From contig CAMWLC010000004.1 of assembly GCA_947174995.1 (NCBI GenBank), positions 6,428 through 70,427 on the forward strand: a DNA stretch of 64,000 nucleotides, written 5' to 3'. This document shows, one piece after another, positions 24,959 to 33,998 of the stretch (its first letter is position 1; each line of letters starts with the position of its first letter). The position numbers and the translations under genes are program-made. The DNA comes from an uncultured Porphyromonadaceae bacterium. Lineage in GTDB: Bacteria > Bacteroidota > Bacteroidia > Bacteroidales > Muribaculaceae. The notes under the pieces are model-generated. The model ran no database searches, was not told the origin of the DNA, and saw nothing but the letters and a program-made list of their open reading frames with translations.

Positions 24959-27520
24959 ATGAACAAAAAGACATACACCACTTTACTTTTGCTCGCCGCT
25001 CTGGCCGGACAGGCCGGCGCGCAGAAAATCACGCTGAATAACCAGAGCCGATGGGGCTTCGAGAGCGAACACGCCGGATGGATTGAAATCCAGGAGCGCA
25101 TAAGCGACGGAGGACAATTCTCCGAGGGACTCGCATCCGTTAAGAAGGGTAAGAAATGGGGATTTATCAATCTTCTTGCACAGATGGAGATACCGCCTCA
25201 GTTTGATGAGGTGAAGGAGTTTCACAATGGTTTCGCTGCAGTGAGAATAGGGAAGATGTGGGGCATAATCGGCAATGACGGCCGCGAGGTCATTCCTGCC
25301 GAGTATGACTACACAGATGGCTTCCGTGACGGCCTTGCGCTCGTGAAGAAAAACGGCAAATACGGATACATAAATGCCGACAACGACCTGGTTATCGGTT
25401 TCAACTTCCCGATGGCCACTTCCTTCAACTACGGCCTTGCGGCCGTGAAAGAGGAAGATAGCGGGAAGTTCGGATATATCGACAAGAACGGCAACTTCAA
25501 GATTCCGTGCAATTACGACGATGCCAAGGCCTTTGAAGATGGCATAGCACAGGTGAAGGCGGGTGGACGCAAGTTTTATATCGACACCAACGGCGCATAT
25601 TATGGCAAGCGCGACGAGGCGTTGCTCGCCGCGTCGCAGATTCAGCGTCGACAGAGCGCCCAGGTGGTGTCGAACGCTGCCTCGGGTATAGTGGGGGATA
25701 TGCCTGCATGGGCCAACGGGGGTGTCGCCACTCAGCTGACAATTTCCCCCAACGTGGCCACCGAAACCCTTAGGGACTTCCTTCTCCGCTGCGGAGTGGA
25801 CAGTTCGGAAATTGGGGCAGTGGTGTCAAAGAAACTCAAGGAATGGCAGAAAAAGGGTGCATACGAAACGGCGGCCAACTATGCCACTCGTGTCACGCCC
25901 GAGACCATCGAAGAGAAGCGCAAGAATCTTTACGCGGAATATACCGAGAAATTCAACGGTTACTGCCGTCCCTACATACAGGCCTTCAAGGATGCCAAGC
26001 GCCAGGAGTTTCTTTCTCCGGACCACATATTTACGCTTAACGAATATGATGCCGCTACGCAGCGTTACCGTATAACGAGCAACCGTATCGGTGACATTTA
26101 TGTGAGTGTCCCGGCCAACCGTGCCAAGCTTTTCCAAGACAGATGGGACAAGATTCTGAGAGGCCTCAACTGCATCTTCGTACCCAATGGTGATGACCTC
26201 CGTCTGGCCGAACTTGACTTTGCCGGCTACCGTTACGAATTCGAACTTCCGAAGGAGGATCTCGCCTCAACCTTGATGGCTGACAACGCCGCCCCCGAAG
26301 AGGAGGAAGCCCCGGTGGCCCAAGAAGTTGCGCCCGCCCCGGAGGTAGTGAAATTTGTAAGCGATGTGGATCGCATCATCCCGGAAGGTATCAATCCGGA
26401 TGCCTCACGCACATTCGCCATCATCATAGGAAACGAGCATTACAGCGAGTCAGACTGTGCAGATGTGCCCTACGCCATTAACGACGCCACATCCTTCAAG
26501 GAATACTGCGTGCGTGCCCTCGGACTTCCGGAGAAGAACATTTACTTCCGCACCGATGCCACGCTCAACAATATGCGCCGCGCCATACGCTTCATACGCG
26601 ACCGCGCCAATGTGCTGGACGGCGACTTGAAAGTGCTGGTGTATTATGCCGGTCATGGCATCCCCAACGAGAATGGCACAGACTCCTATCTGCTTCCTGC
26701 CGACGGCATACCGGGAGACTACGAATCGGCCTACCAGCTCAGTAAATTCTATGAGGACCTGGGCGAGATACCATCGAAAAACACTACCGTCTTCCTGGAC
26801 GCATGTTTCAGCGGAGCCAAGCGTAGCGGCGGCATGCTGATGTCGGCGCGTGCCGTGGCCGTGGATGTTCCCGAAGTGGAGCCGATTGGAAATATGGTGG
26901 TGTTCTCCGCAGCTACAGGAGAAGAGACAGCAATGCCTTATAATGACCAGGAGCACGGACTCTTCACTTACTTCCTGCTTAAAAAGCTTCAGGAGACAGG
27001 TGGCAATACCACATACAGGGATCTTTACAATTACATAAGCGACAATGTGCGCTATCACTCGGTGGTCGATAACAATAAAGCGCAGACGCCCACCGTGGAG
27101 CCCTCCTTTGAAATGGAACAGGTGTGGGGTACGCTCGTGCTCAATAGTGAGGGTGTCGGCTTGTCGCGGGCTGAGCTTAGCAAAGCCTCAGCTCCCGTGG
27201 TGCCGGAACCGGAACCGATTGAGCAGACTCCGGTGTCAGTGTCAGCAGCCGCAATCTCCGCCGCTACTGAGGGCGCGAAGCCTCAGACGGCAACTTCCGA
27301 TGAAAATGTGGAATCACCTGTCGAAACACCTGTCGTTGAGACAGTGGAAGAGCTTGTCGAAGAACTCCCGAAGGAAGTGACCGTGGAACCGGTTGTCTCT
27401 CCCTCGGTGAGCGCAGTTTCGGCTGCAGCCGCCGCTGCCGCCACGGAGTCGGCGCCCGCGACCCCTCCGGCAGAAGAGAATAATGAACCCGAGATCTCCC
27501 TCCCCATCACCCCGATGTGA
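24959..27520 (+). CDS. Secreted WG-repeat protein with caspase-like (C14) domain and low-complexity tail
   Basis: Starts with a signal peptide. WG/KWG-type repeats follow (KKWGFIN, KMWGIIGNDG, GKYGYINADN, GKFGYIDKNG). The caspase His block is VYYAGHG and the Cys block is FLDACFSGA. The C-terminus is rich in P, E, V and A. Confidence 0.7.
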   Translation: MNKKTYTTLLLLAALAGQAGAQKITLNNQSRWGFESEHAGWIEIQERISDGGQFSEGLASVKKGKKWGFINLLAQMEIPPQFDEVKEFHNGFAAVRIGKMWGIIGNDGREVIPAEYDYTDGFRDGLALVKKNGKYGYINADNDLVIGFNFPMATSFNYGLAAVKEEDSGKFGYIDKNGNFKIPCNYDDAKAFEDGIAQVKAGGRKFYIDTNGAYYGKRDEALLAASQIQRRQSAQVVSNAASGIVGDMPAWANGGVATQLTISPNVATETLRDFLLRCGVDSSEIGAVVSKKLKEWQKKGAYETAANYATRVTPETIEEKRKNLYAEYTEKFNGYCRPYIQAFKDAKRQEFLSPDHIFTLNEYDAATQRYRITSNRIGDIYVSVPANRAKLFQDRWDKILRGLNCIFVPNGDDLRLAELDFAGYRYEFELPKEDLASTLMADNAAPEEEEAPVAQEVAPAPEVVKFVSDVDRIIPEGINPDASRTFAIIIGNEHYSESDCADVPYAINDATSFKEYCVRALGLPEKNIYFRTDATLNNMRRAIRFIRDRANVLDGDLKVLVYYAGHGIPNENGTDSYLLPADGIPGDYESAYQLSKFYEDLGEIPSKNTTVFLDACFSGAKRSGGMLMSARAVAVDVPEVEPIGNMVVFSAATGEETAMPYNDQEHGLFTYFLLKKLQETGGNTTYRDLYNYISDNVRYHSVVDNNKAQTPTVEPSFEMEQVWGTLVLNSEGVGLSRAELSKASAPVVPEPEPIEQTPVSVSAAAISAATEGAKPQTATSDENVESPVETPVVETVEELVEELPKEVTVEPVVSPSVSAVSAAAAAAATESAPATPPAEENNEPEISLPITPM

Positions 27521-27576
27521 AATTCATAATTTTCCTTTGAATTTGAACACTTACTAAATATTCAATACCGAACCAC

Positions 27577-29295
27577 ATGGCAAACACTACTGCTGCGGTC
27601 ACGCCTAAGAGCGTACCGTTGAACGACAAGGCCTGGGCACGCTGGACAGCCCTGCTTCTGCTGGCTTTGGCGATGTTCTGTTCCTACATCTTCATGGATG
27701 TGCTCTCGCCCATCAAGAATCTCCTTCAGGACACGCGCGGATGGGACAACACCGCCTTCGGCACCATGCAGAGCGCCGAGACGTTTCTCAACGTATTCAT
27801 TTTCTTCCTGATTTTCGCGGGCATTATCCTTGACAAACTGGGTGTCCGTTTCACGGCCCTCCTTTCCGGAGCCGTGATGCTTGTCGGCGCTGTCATCAAC
27901 TGGTACGCCCTCACCCCTGAGTTTGAGGGTACCGCGCTGCAGCAGTGGTTTACCGACAATCTCAACTATATTCCCATTTTCGAGCAGTTGGGTGTATCAC
28001 CCTTCTATGAAGGAATGCCTGCCTCGGCCAAACTTTCCGCCATCGGCTTCATGATATTCGGATGCGGAACGGAGATGGCCGGTATAACAGTGAGCCGGGG
28101 TATCGTAAAATGGTTCCAGGGACGCGAAATGGCCCTTGCTATGGGTTCCGAAATGGCCCTCGCACGTCTCGGGGTCGCCACCTGCATGATATTCTCGCCT
28201 GTATTCGCCAACCTCGGCGGCCATGTTGAGGTGAGCCGTTCCGTGGCCTTCGGCGTCGTGATGCTGATGATCGCCATGATTATGTTCATCGTCTATTTCT
28301 TCATGGACCGCAAACTTGATGAGCAGACCAATATCGAGGAAGAAAAGGATGACCCCTTCAGAATTTCCGACATCGGCAAGATTCTGCGCTCAAGCGGATT
28401 CTGGCTTGTGGCAATGCTCTGCGTGCTCTATTACTCCGCTATCTTCCCCTTCCAGAAGTATGCCGTCAATATGCTTCAGTGCAATCTCACCTTCACCGAT
28501 GTCGATCCCGACTCCTTCTGGGCCTCGGATGCCGTGTCGGTGGTGCAATATGTTGTGATGCTCGCTGCAGCCGCCACAGCCTTCGCAAGCAACTTCATGA
28601 GCAACAAGGGAATGAAATATGGTCTGCTCGGAGCCGGTATCTGCGCTCTTGTGGCCTACTGCTACATGGGCTATATGAGGCAGAGCGCGGCAGCAATCTT
28701 TGCCGTGTTCCCCCTCCTCGCAGTTGGCATCACTCCCATACTCGGCAAATACGTGGATTACAAAGGCAAAGCGGCCTCCATGCTCGTGATAGGTTCCTTG
28801 CTACTGATAGCATGTCATCTTACTTTCGCCTTCATCCTGCCCGAGTTCAAGAACAGCCCGGTGGGAGGCGTCATCGTGGCTTATCTTACGATTCTCGTGC
28901 TCGGTGCCTCCTTCTCGCTGGTGCCCGCCTCGTTGTGGCCGAGTGTGCCGAAGCTCGTAGACTCCAAGATCATCGGATCGGCTTACGCCCTCATTTTCTG
29001 GATTCAGAACATAGGATTGTGGCTTTTCCCGCTTTTGATCGGAAAGGTGCTTGACGCCACAAACACAGATGTTGTGGCCCAGGTAGCTGCCGGAACGATG
29101 ACTGAGGATCAGGCAGCCGTCAGCTACAACTACACCTACGCCCTTCTCATGCTCGCGGGGCTTGGTGTGGCCGCGTTGCTGATCGGGCTTTGGCTTAAGG
29201 TGATCGACCGCAAGCATCACTATGGTCTTGAGGAGCCCAACGTCAAACCGACGGCAGCCTCTGAAGAGGCTGAGGTCGTCGCTGCCGAAGAGTAA
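27577..29295 (+). CDS. MFS transporter
   Basis: 572 aa with about 12 or more hydrophobic helices and an MFS-like N-terminal half. The substrate is unknown. Confidence 0.65.
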   Translation: MANTTAAVTPKSVPLNDKAWARWTALLLLALAMFCSYIFMDVLSPIKNLLQDTRGWDNTAFGTMQSAETFLNVFIFFLIFAGIILDKLGVRFTALLSGAVMLVGAVINWYALTPEFEGTALQQWFTDNLNYIPIFEQLGVSPFYEGMPASAKLSAIGFMIFGCGTEMAGITVSRGIVKWFQGREMALAMGSEMALARLGVATCMIFSPVFANLGGHVEVSRSVAFGVVMLMIAMIMFIVYFFMDRKLDEQTNIEEEKDDPFRISDIGKILRSSGFWLVAMLCVLYYSAIFPFQKYAVNMLQCNLTFTDVDPDSFWASDAVSVVQYVVMLAAAATAFASNFMSNKGMKYGLLGAGICALVAYCYMGYMRQSAAAIFAVFPLLAVGITPILGKYVDYKGKAASMLVIGSLLLIACHLTFAFILPEFKNSPVGGVIVAYLTILVLGASFSLVPASLWPSVPKLVDSKIIGSAYALIFWIQNIGLWLFPLLIGKVLDATNTDVVAQVAAGTMTEDQAAVSYNYTYALLMLAGLGVAALLIGLWLKVIDRKHHYGLEEPNVKPTAASEEAEVVAAEE

Positions 29296-29349
29296 CCGCA
29301 CGCGATGTCCCTACGACATCAAATTAACGCTGACTATATTTAAAATAGC

Positions 29350-29379
29350 AAAAGCCCCGCATATAATGCGGGGCTTTTG
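29350..29379 (+). terminator. Rho-independent terminator after the MFS gene
   Basis: AAAAGCCCCGC-ATATAAT-GCGGGGCTTTTG. Confidence 0.85.
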
Positions 29380-29391
29380 CGTTATATTGAT

Positions 29392-30525
29392 ATGAAGCAG
29401 TCTATTCACCTAATGCTCGCTGTGGCGGCAGCCATGTTCACGGCGCCTCAAGCAGGGGCCGAGATAGTCACCCACGCCCAGGCCATGCGCCTTGCCCAGC
29501 AGTTTTTCAACGAGGCTGCAGGGGAGGTCACGTCCCCGGTGGTGATGGTTTACAAGGGAAAGAATCTGACTACCAACAAGCTCTTTACCCCTTTCTATAC
29601 CTTCAACAGTCCGCGCGGAGGGTTTGTGATCATATCTGCCGAAAACAAGACATTCCCGATTCTTGCATACAGCCTGACGGATGTCTTTGATGAGAATAAG
29701 CTCGCTCCCGGAGAGCGGCAGCTGCTGCGTGCATACGCCCGTGATGTGGAACTTATTCGCTATGACTCGCGTGTACCGCAGGAGGCTATTGCCGCATGGA
29801 GCAATTACCCTCAATATGTCCACGGGCTGCTTCACTCTCCCGGCGAAATCTATTCTTCCGCGCCCGGTGCTCCCGATGATGGCGAGGCACAGGATATAAT
29901 AGGCCGTATCCTGGCGTCTGATGATTCAGATGATTTGTACAGCTCACTTTATTCTCCCGACCAGTGGGAGGGGATGTCCGATGACCAGCTTGGCAGGGAC
30001 AGATATGTATTGATGGGAGTGGTGGAATCGGAAGACACCGCGTGGCCCATGACCGTAAGCGGAAAGCGAGACGGGATGTATCGAGTGTCGTTCGGTAATG
30101 GAAAAAGCCCGTGGATGGCGCGTCTGAACGCCACTGAATATCTGAGCGGCGGACTGCTTGCAGATTTCCGGTATGTGCCTGCAAGTGAAGAATCGGTCAT
30201 TGAGGAGCATCCGTTTGAGTTATATGAATCGACAGTCGCGGAGTTTTCCGCTGCGAGAGAGGCTGCTCAGCGGGCAGTGGAGGAATCCCTGAGGCCGACA
30301 GAGCCGATGCTGAAGGCGCTCGGAGGAGGTCGTTTCAGCATAGATATGCCCGGTGAAGTCAGTCTTGTGAGGATATACAATGTAGGAGGCGCGATGATAG
30401 GACAGAATACCTACAAGGGCACCCATACGGCCTGGATAGACCTGGGACACGAGCCAGGAGGATTCTATCTCGCACAGATATTCAGCGAAGGTTCGGATCC
30501 CGTCACGATGAAACTATACAGATAA
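29392..30525 (+). CDS. C10-prodomain-like (Spi inhibitor-type) protein with T9SS CTD and no protease domain
   Basis: Starts at MKQSIHLMLAVAAAMFTAPQAGA. The block FYTFNSPRGGFVIISAENKTFPILAYS is paralogous to the C10 prodomain block at 16258-19239. No Cys or His catalytic blocks are present. The CTD is VRIYNVGGAMIG...GFYLAQIFSEGSDPVTMKLYR. Confidence 0.6.
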   Translation: MKQSIHLMLAVAAAMFTAPQAGAEIVTHAQAMRLAQQFFNEAAGEVTSPVVMVYKGKNLTTNKLFTPFYTFNSPRGGFVIISAENKTFPILAYSLTDVFDENKLAPGERQLLRAYARDVELIRYDSRVPQEAIAAWSNYPQYVHGLLHSPGEIYSSAPGAPDDGEAQDIIGRILASDDSDDLYSSLYSPDQWEGMSDDQLGRDRYVLMGVVESEDTAWPMTVSGKRDGMYRVSFGNGKSPWMARLNATEYLSGGLLADFRYVPASEESVIEEHPFELYESTVAEFSAAREAAQRAVEESLRPTEPMLKALGGGRFSIDMPGEVSLVRIYNVGGAMIGQNTYKGTHTAWIDLGHEPGGFYLAQIFSEGSDPVTMKLYR

Positions 30526-30530
30526 AAAAT

Positions 30531-30842
30531 ATGGCAGACAACACTTCCGGAAAAGGGAATATTGGAACTTCCGGCCCAAAGAATCTAAGGCGCAGCAAGA
30601 TCACCTCATGGCTTGCGCTTGTGATAGCAGTGGTGATAATCATTATGACTTTCTCTATGCGTGCGGTATGGTGGCAGTTTATTGACGTATTTTTCCTGTT
30701 CATGTGTGCCTTCACGCGGCTTCTGAGCGTCTATTTCGGGGGAATCAGCCCGGCGGCTGCCCGCAAGCTCAACAGCATCAGTCTTGTCTGCTGCATCGGC
30801 TTTGTCATTGCTTTCGTGGTGGAGTTTTTCCTCATGCAATGA
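30531..30842 (+). CDS. Small membrane protein (three predicted TM helices), function unknown
   Basis: 103-aa ORF starting 6 nt after the preceding gene, with hydrophobic segments. No family was recognised. Confidence 0.45.
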   Translation: MADNTSGKGNIGTSGPKNLRRSKITSWLALVIAVVIIIMTFSMRAVWWQFIDVFFLFMCAFTRLLSVYFGGISPAAARKLNSISLVCCIGFVIAFVVEFFLMQ

Positions 30843-30850
30843 TGCAATAG

Positions 30851-31018
30851 CACCCGGAGACAGACTGCTTCACCCGGAGACGGACTGTTCCACCCGAAGA
30901 CGGACAGCACCACCATGATACAGACAAGGCCGGCCCGGTAAATGGGTCGGCCTTGTTTCTTTCCAGGTGCTATTGTTTGTCTCCGGGTGCTTCCCGGGTG
31001 GTTGTTTGTCTCCGGGTG
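30851..31018. repeat. CACCCGGAGACA motif array (3 direct 20-mers, 2 inverted copies) around a terminator hairpin
   Basis: 20-bp units start at 30851, 30871 and 30891. The inverse TGTCTCCGGGTG lies at 30978-30989 and 31007-31018. The central hairpin CAAGGCCGGCCC/GGGTCGGCCTTG (30925-30955) is followed by a T-rich run. Confidence 0.8.
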
Positions 31019-31040
31019 CTCGGGTACTTCCCGGGGAGGA

Positions 31041-31970
31041 TTAGCAGGGGAGAGCCTCGTTGGTCTTGCGGACGGCAGCGGCGCTCTTTGCGAAGAGCTC
31101 CTTCTCCTCGGCGTTCATATTGATGTTGACGATCTCTTTGATGCCGCCCTTGCCAAGCTTGCAGAGCACGCCGATGCAGAGGTCGCTCTCGCCGTATTCG
31201 CCCTCTACGAGTGCGGAGCAGGGGATGATGGCATCCTGGTCGTGGATTACGGCCTCAACCACTTCGGCTGCCGCTGCGCCGGGAGCGTACCATGCAGAAG
31301 TGCCGAGGAGCTTGGTGAGGGTTGCGCCGCCTACCATGGTGTCGGCAACCACCTTGTCGAGAGTCTCCTTGTCGAGGAGGGTCTCCACGGGTATGCCGCG
31401 CAGGGTTGCGAAGCGCTTCATGGGAATCATGGTGGTGTCGCCGTGACCGCCGATCACGAAGCCCTCTACCTCATTGGGATTGGCGTTGAGAGCCTTGGAG
31501 AGGTAGTATTTGAAACGGCTGCTGTCAAGCGCGCCACCCATGCCGATGATGCGGTTCTTGGGGAGACCGGAGATCTTGTGGATGAGGTAGGTCATGGTGT
31601 CCATGGGGTTGGAAACGCACACGATCACTGCATCGGGGCTGTATTTGAGCACGCTCTCGGTCACCTGCTTCACGATGCCGGCGTTCACGCCGATGAGCTC
31701 CTCGCGGGTCATGCCGGGCTTGCGGGGGATACCGGAAGTGATGACCACTACGTCGGAACCGGCGGTAGCCTCGTAGTCGTTGGTGACACCCTTGATGCGG
31801 GTGTTCATGTCAAGAAGGTTGGCGGTCTGCATCATGTCCATGGCCTTGCCTTCGGACACACCCTCCTTGATATCGATCATTACCACTTCGTCGGCCACCT
31901 CGCGGATAGCCATCACGTTAGCTGCGGTAGCGCCTACGTTGCCGGCGCCTACGACTGTTACTTTAGACAT
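31041..31970 (-). CDS. mdh: Malate dehydrogenase (LDH-like MDH)
   Basis: 309 aa with VVGAGNVGAT, ITSGIPRKPGMTREEL and the GGHGDT motif. Confidence 0.9.
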   Translation of the reverse strand: MSKVTVVGAGNVGATAANVMAIREVADEVVMIDIKEGVSEGKAMDMMQTANLLDMNTRIKGVTNDYEATAGSDVVVITSGIPRKPGMTREELIGVNAGIVKQVTESVLKYSPDAVIVCVSNPMDTMTYLIHKISGLPKNRIIGMGGALDSSRFKYYLSKALNANPNEVEGFVIGGHGDTTMIPMKRFATLRGIPVETLLDKETLDKVVADTMVGGATLTKLLGTSAWYAPGAAAAEVVEAVIHDQDAIIPCSALVEGEYGESDLCIGVLCKLGKGGIKEIVNINMNAEEKELFAKSAAAVRKTNEALPC

Positions 31971-32075
31971 TGTTTATATGTGCTTTTTAGAGTTATCCGC
32001 TTTCCTCCGGTCTCCCGGCGGAACATCGGAATGGTATATGAATTTGGTCTGTGCAAAATTAGCAAAAAAAATCGG

Positions 32076-32684
32076 TCATTGCAACTCTCCGCGCCCCTGA
32101 CGGCGGATTTCGCAGTCATTACCTATGCAATACACTACGGTCGAGGCTTCCGTCATGCCCTCTTCCCCCTCTACGAGGAGATCTACATTGTCGGCATAGG
32201 CTTCGGCAATCAGTCCGGGTTCACGCGCATGGTCCTCATCCTCATACTCTATGGAGGTGGTCATGACGGGATTGCCAAGGCGTTCGGCGATAAGCCGTGA
32301 CGTGGCGCAGTCGGGAATACGGATACCGACCTCCTTGCGGTTCTTGAAGGCTTTAGGGAGTCCGGAGAGGGCACGGAAGATGAATGTGAAAGGCCCGGGA
32401 GTATTGGCACGGAGCAGATGGTAAGAGGCATCATCGATTTTTGCGTATTCCGCGGCCATCGAGATGTCGGAGCATATCACCGACAGGGGAGCCTTCTCCG
32501 GATTGAGTCCCTTGAGGTGGCATATTTTCTCTATGGCCTTGGGATTCAGGGCATCGCAGGCCACGCCGTAGAGTGTGTCAGTGGGGATAATCACCACATC
32601 GCCGTCTCGCAGGGAGTCTGCTATCTCATCGAGCTGACGCTCCGAGGGTGAGTCGTTCCATATCTTGATGGTCTTCATGGTCAC
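32076..32684 (-). CDS. tsaC: L-threonylcarbamoyladenylate synthase (TsaC/YrdC family)
   Basis: 202 aa with IIPTDTLYGVACDA, KGLNPEKAPLSVI and PGPFTFIF motifs. Confidence 0.8.
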   Translation of the reverse strand: MTMKTIKIWNDSPSERQLDEIADSLRDGDVVIIPTDTLYGVACDALNPKAIEKICHLKGLNPEKAPLSVICSDISMAAEYAKIDDASYHLLRANTPGPFTFIFRALSGLPKAFKNRKEVGIRIPDCATSRLIAERLGNPVMTTSIEYEDEDHAREPGLIAEAYADNVDLLVEGEEGMTEASTVVYCIGNDCEIRRQGRGELQ

Positions 32685-32817
32685 ACGTGGGGTTTACACG
32701 TGCAAAGTTACGGCGGATTGCGGAGAAAAACAAATTGAAAGTAAATTATTTTCCTTTTGCGGCGTTATTAGAGTGTGATTAAATTCAAAGACACTCTTAG
32801 ACAAATTTATTTGTATA

Positions 32818-33519
32818 GTGATGAAAATAGGAATACTCGCGGCCATGCAGAAGGAGCTGGCTCTTCTTCTGCCGCTGCTTGAAGGGAGGAAAGAGGAGAG
32901 TGTGGACGGACTTGCGCTCCACACCGGACGCATCGGAGGTCATGAAGTGGCCATGATGCAGTGTGGCATCGGCAAAGTCAACTCCGCGCTCAACACATAC
33001 AGGCTGATCCATGCCTTCTCACCCGAGCTGATCATAAATTCCGGAGTAGCGGGAGGGGCGGACAAATCCATGAAAATAGGTACGGTGCTCGTGGCCGAAT
33101 ATGCCGCTTATCACGACGTGTGGTGCGGCCCGGGCACTGAGACGGGTGCCGCAGACGGTATGTCGGTATTTCTCCCCGCTGCCGAAGATGTCGTGGCTAC
33201 CGCGCGCAGAGTTCTGCCGGAGGATGGTGTTAGATATGGTCTGATTTGCAGCGGAGACCGTTTTATCTCCACGGCCGCCGAAGTGCGTGCCATAAAGAAG
33301 AGTTTTCCCTCGGCGTTGGCCTGCGACATGGAATCGGCTTCGATAGCCCAGGTGTCGCTGGGTTGCGGAGTGCCGTTCAGTATAGTCAGAGTTGTGAGCG
33401 ACACTCCCGGAGAGGGAGAGAATATCGAGCAGTACAAGGACTTCTGGACCGAGGCTCCGCGCAAGACCTTCGAGGTGGTCAAGAGAATAATTGACGCACT
33501 TCCGGTGGAGCCGAAATAA
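32818..33519 (+). CDS. mtnN: 5'-methylthioadenosine/S-adenosylhomocysteine nucleosidase
   Basis: 233 aa with KIGILAAMQKEL, QCGIGKVNSA, INSGVAGG and DMESASIAQV motifs. Confidence 0.85.
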   Translation: MMKIGILAAMQKELALLLPLLEGRKEESVDGLALHTGRIGGHEVAMMQCGIGKVNSALNTYRLIHAFSPELIINSGVAGGADKSMKIGTVLVAEYAAYHDVWCGPGTETGAADGMSVFLPAAEDVVATARRVLPEDGVRYGLICSGDRFISTAAEVRAIKKSFPSALACDMESASIAQVSLGCGVPFSIVRVVSDTPGEGENIEQYKDFWTEAPRKTFEVVKRIIDALPVEPK

Positions 33520-33569
33520 CCGGGCCCCGCGCTGTCCTTTCCTATTTGATGGAGTTTAAGTCCTTTTCT

Positions 33570-33766
33570 TAAGTAAGTGTTCAAATTTAATTTATACAAT
33601 AGGCGAGCCTGTTTTTTTAGACGATTTCTGTGCGGAGAGAGGGAGCATAGCGAGCTATGCGACTGAGCGACAAGCTGAAAGCGGCAAAAAAGAAGCCGCA
33701 GATTGTATAAAAGATCAAGTGAGCACTTACTTTTGATTATATCGTTTAAATTTGAACACTTACTTA
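33570..33766. mobile_element. TIR element, copy B (197 bp)
   Basis: TAAGTAAGTGTTCAAATTTAA ... TTTAAATTTGAACACTTACTTA. The last A of the element is the A of the ATG of the following small ORF. Confidence 0.85.
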
Positions 33767-33927
33767 TGGATACCAATCTTATTTTACAATATTCCGCCGT
33801 GGGAGGCTCATTTCTTCTCGCCGGTGTCCTTATGGTAATGAGGAGATGCCGCCGGCCCCGCAAAAGGGGCGGAGGCTGCTGCGGGTGCGCTCTGAAGGAA
33901 TCCTGCGCTTCGCGTAAGAGGGAGTGA
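33766..33927 (+). CDS. FeoB-associated Cys-rich membrane protein-like small protein (53 aa)
   Basis: MDTNLILQYSAVGGSFLLAGVLMVMRRCRRPRKRGGGCCGCALKESC is one TM helix followed by a basic stretch and a GCCGC cluster, as in the FeoB-associated Cys-rich family. No feoB gene is present in the window. Confidence 0.55.
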   Translation: MDTNLILQYSAVGGSFLLAGVLMVMRRCRRPRKRGGGCCGCALKESCASRKRE

Positions 33928-33952
33928 GGGGGAGGAGTAAGTGTTGAGGGTT

Positions 33953-33998
33953 AAGTGATATGGGTTAGAGGTTTGTAAACCTCTAACCCATATCACTT
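33953..33998 (+). terminator. Long perfect hairpin after the small Cys-rich ORF
   Basis: AAGTGATATGGGTTAGAGGTTT-GT-AAACCTCTAACCCATATCACTT. The 3' arm abuts or overlaps the start of element copy C. Confidence 0.6.

Noticed and set aside
30942-32300. 452-aa ORF antisense to mdh and tsaC
   Set aside because: It overlaps two confidently identified minus-strand genes, and its sequence is Gly/Ala/Val/His-rich with no features.
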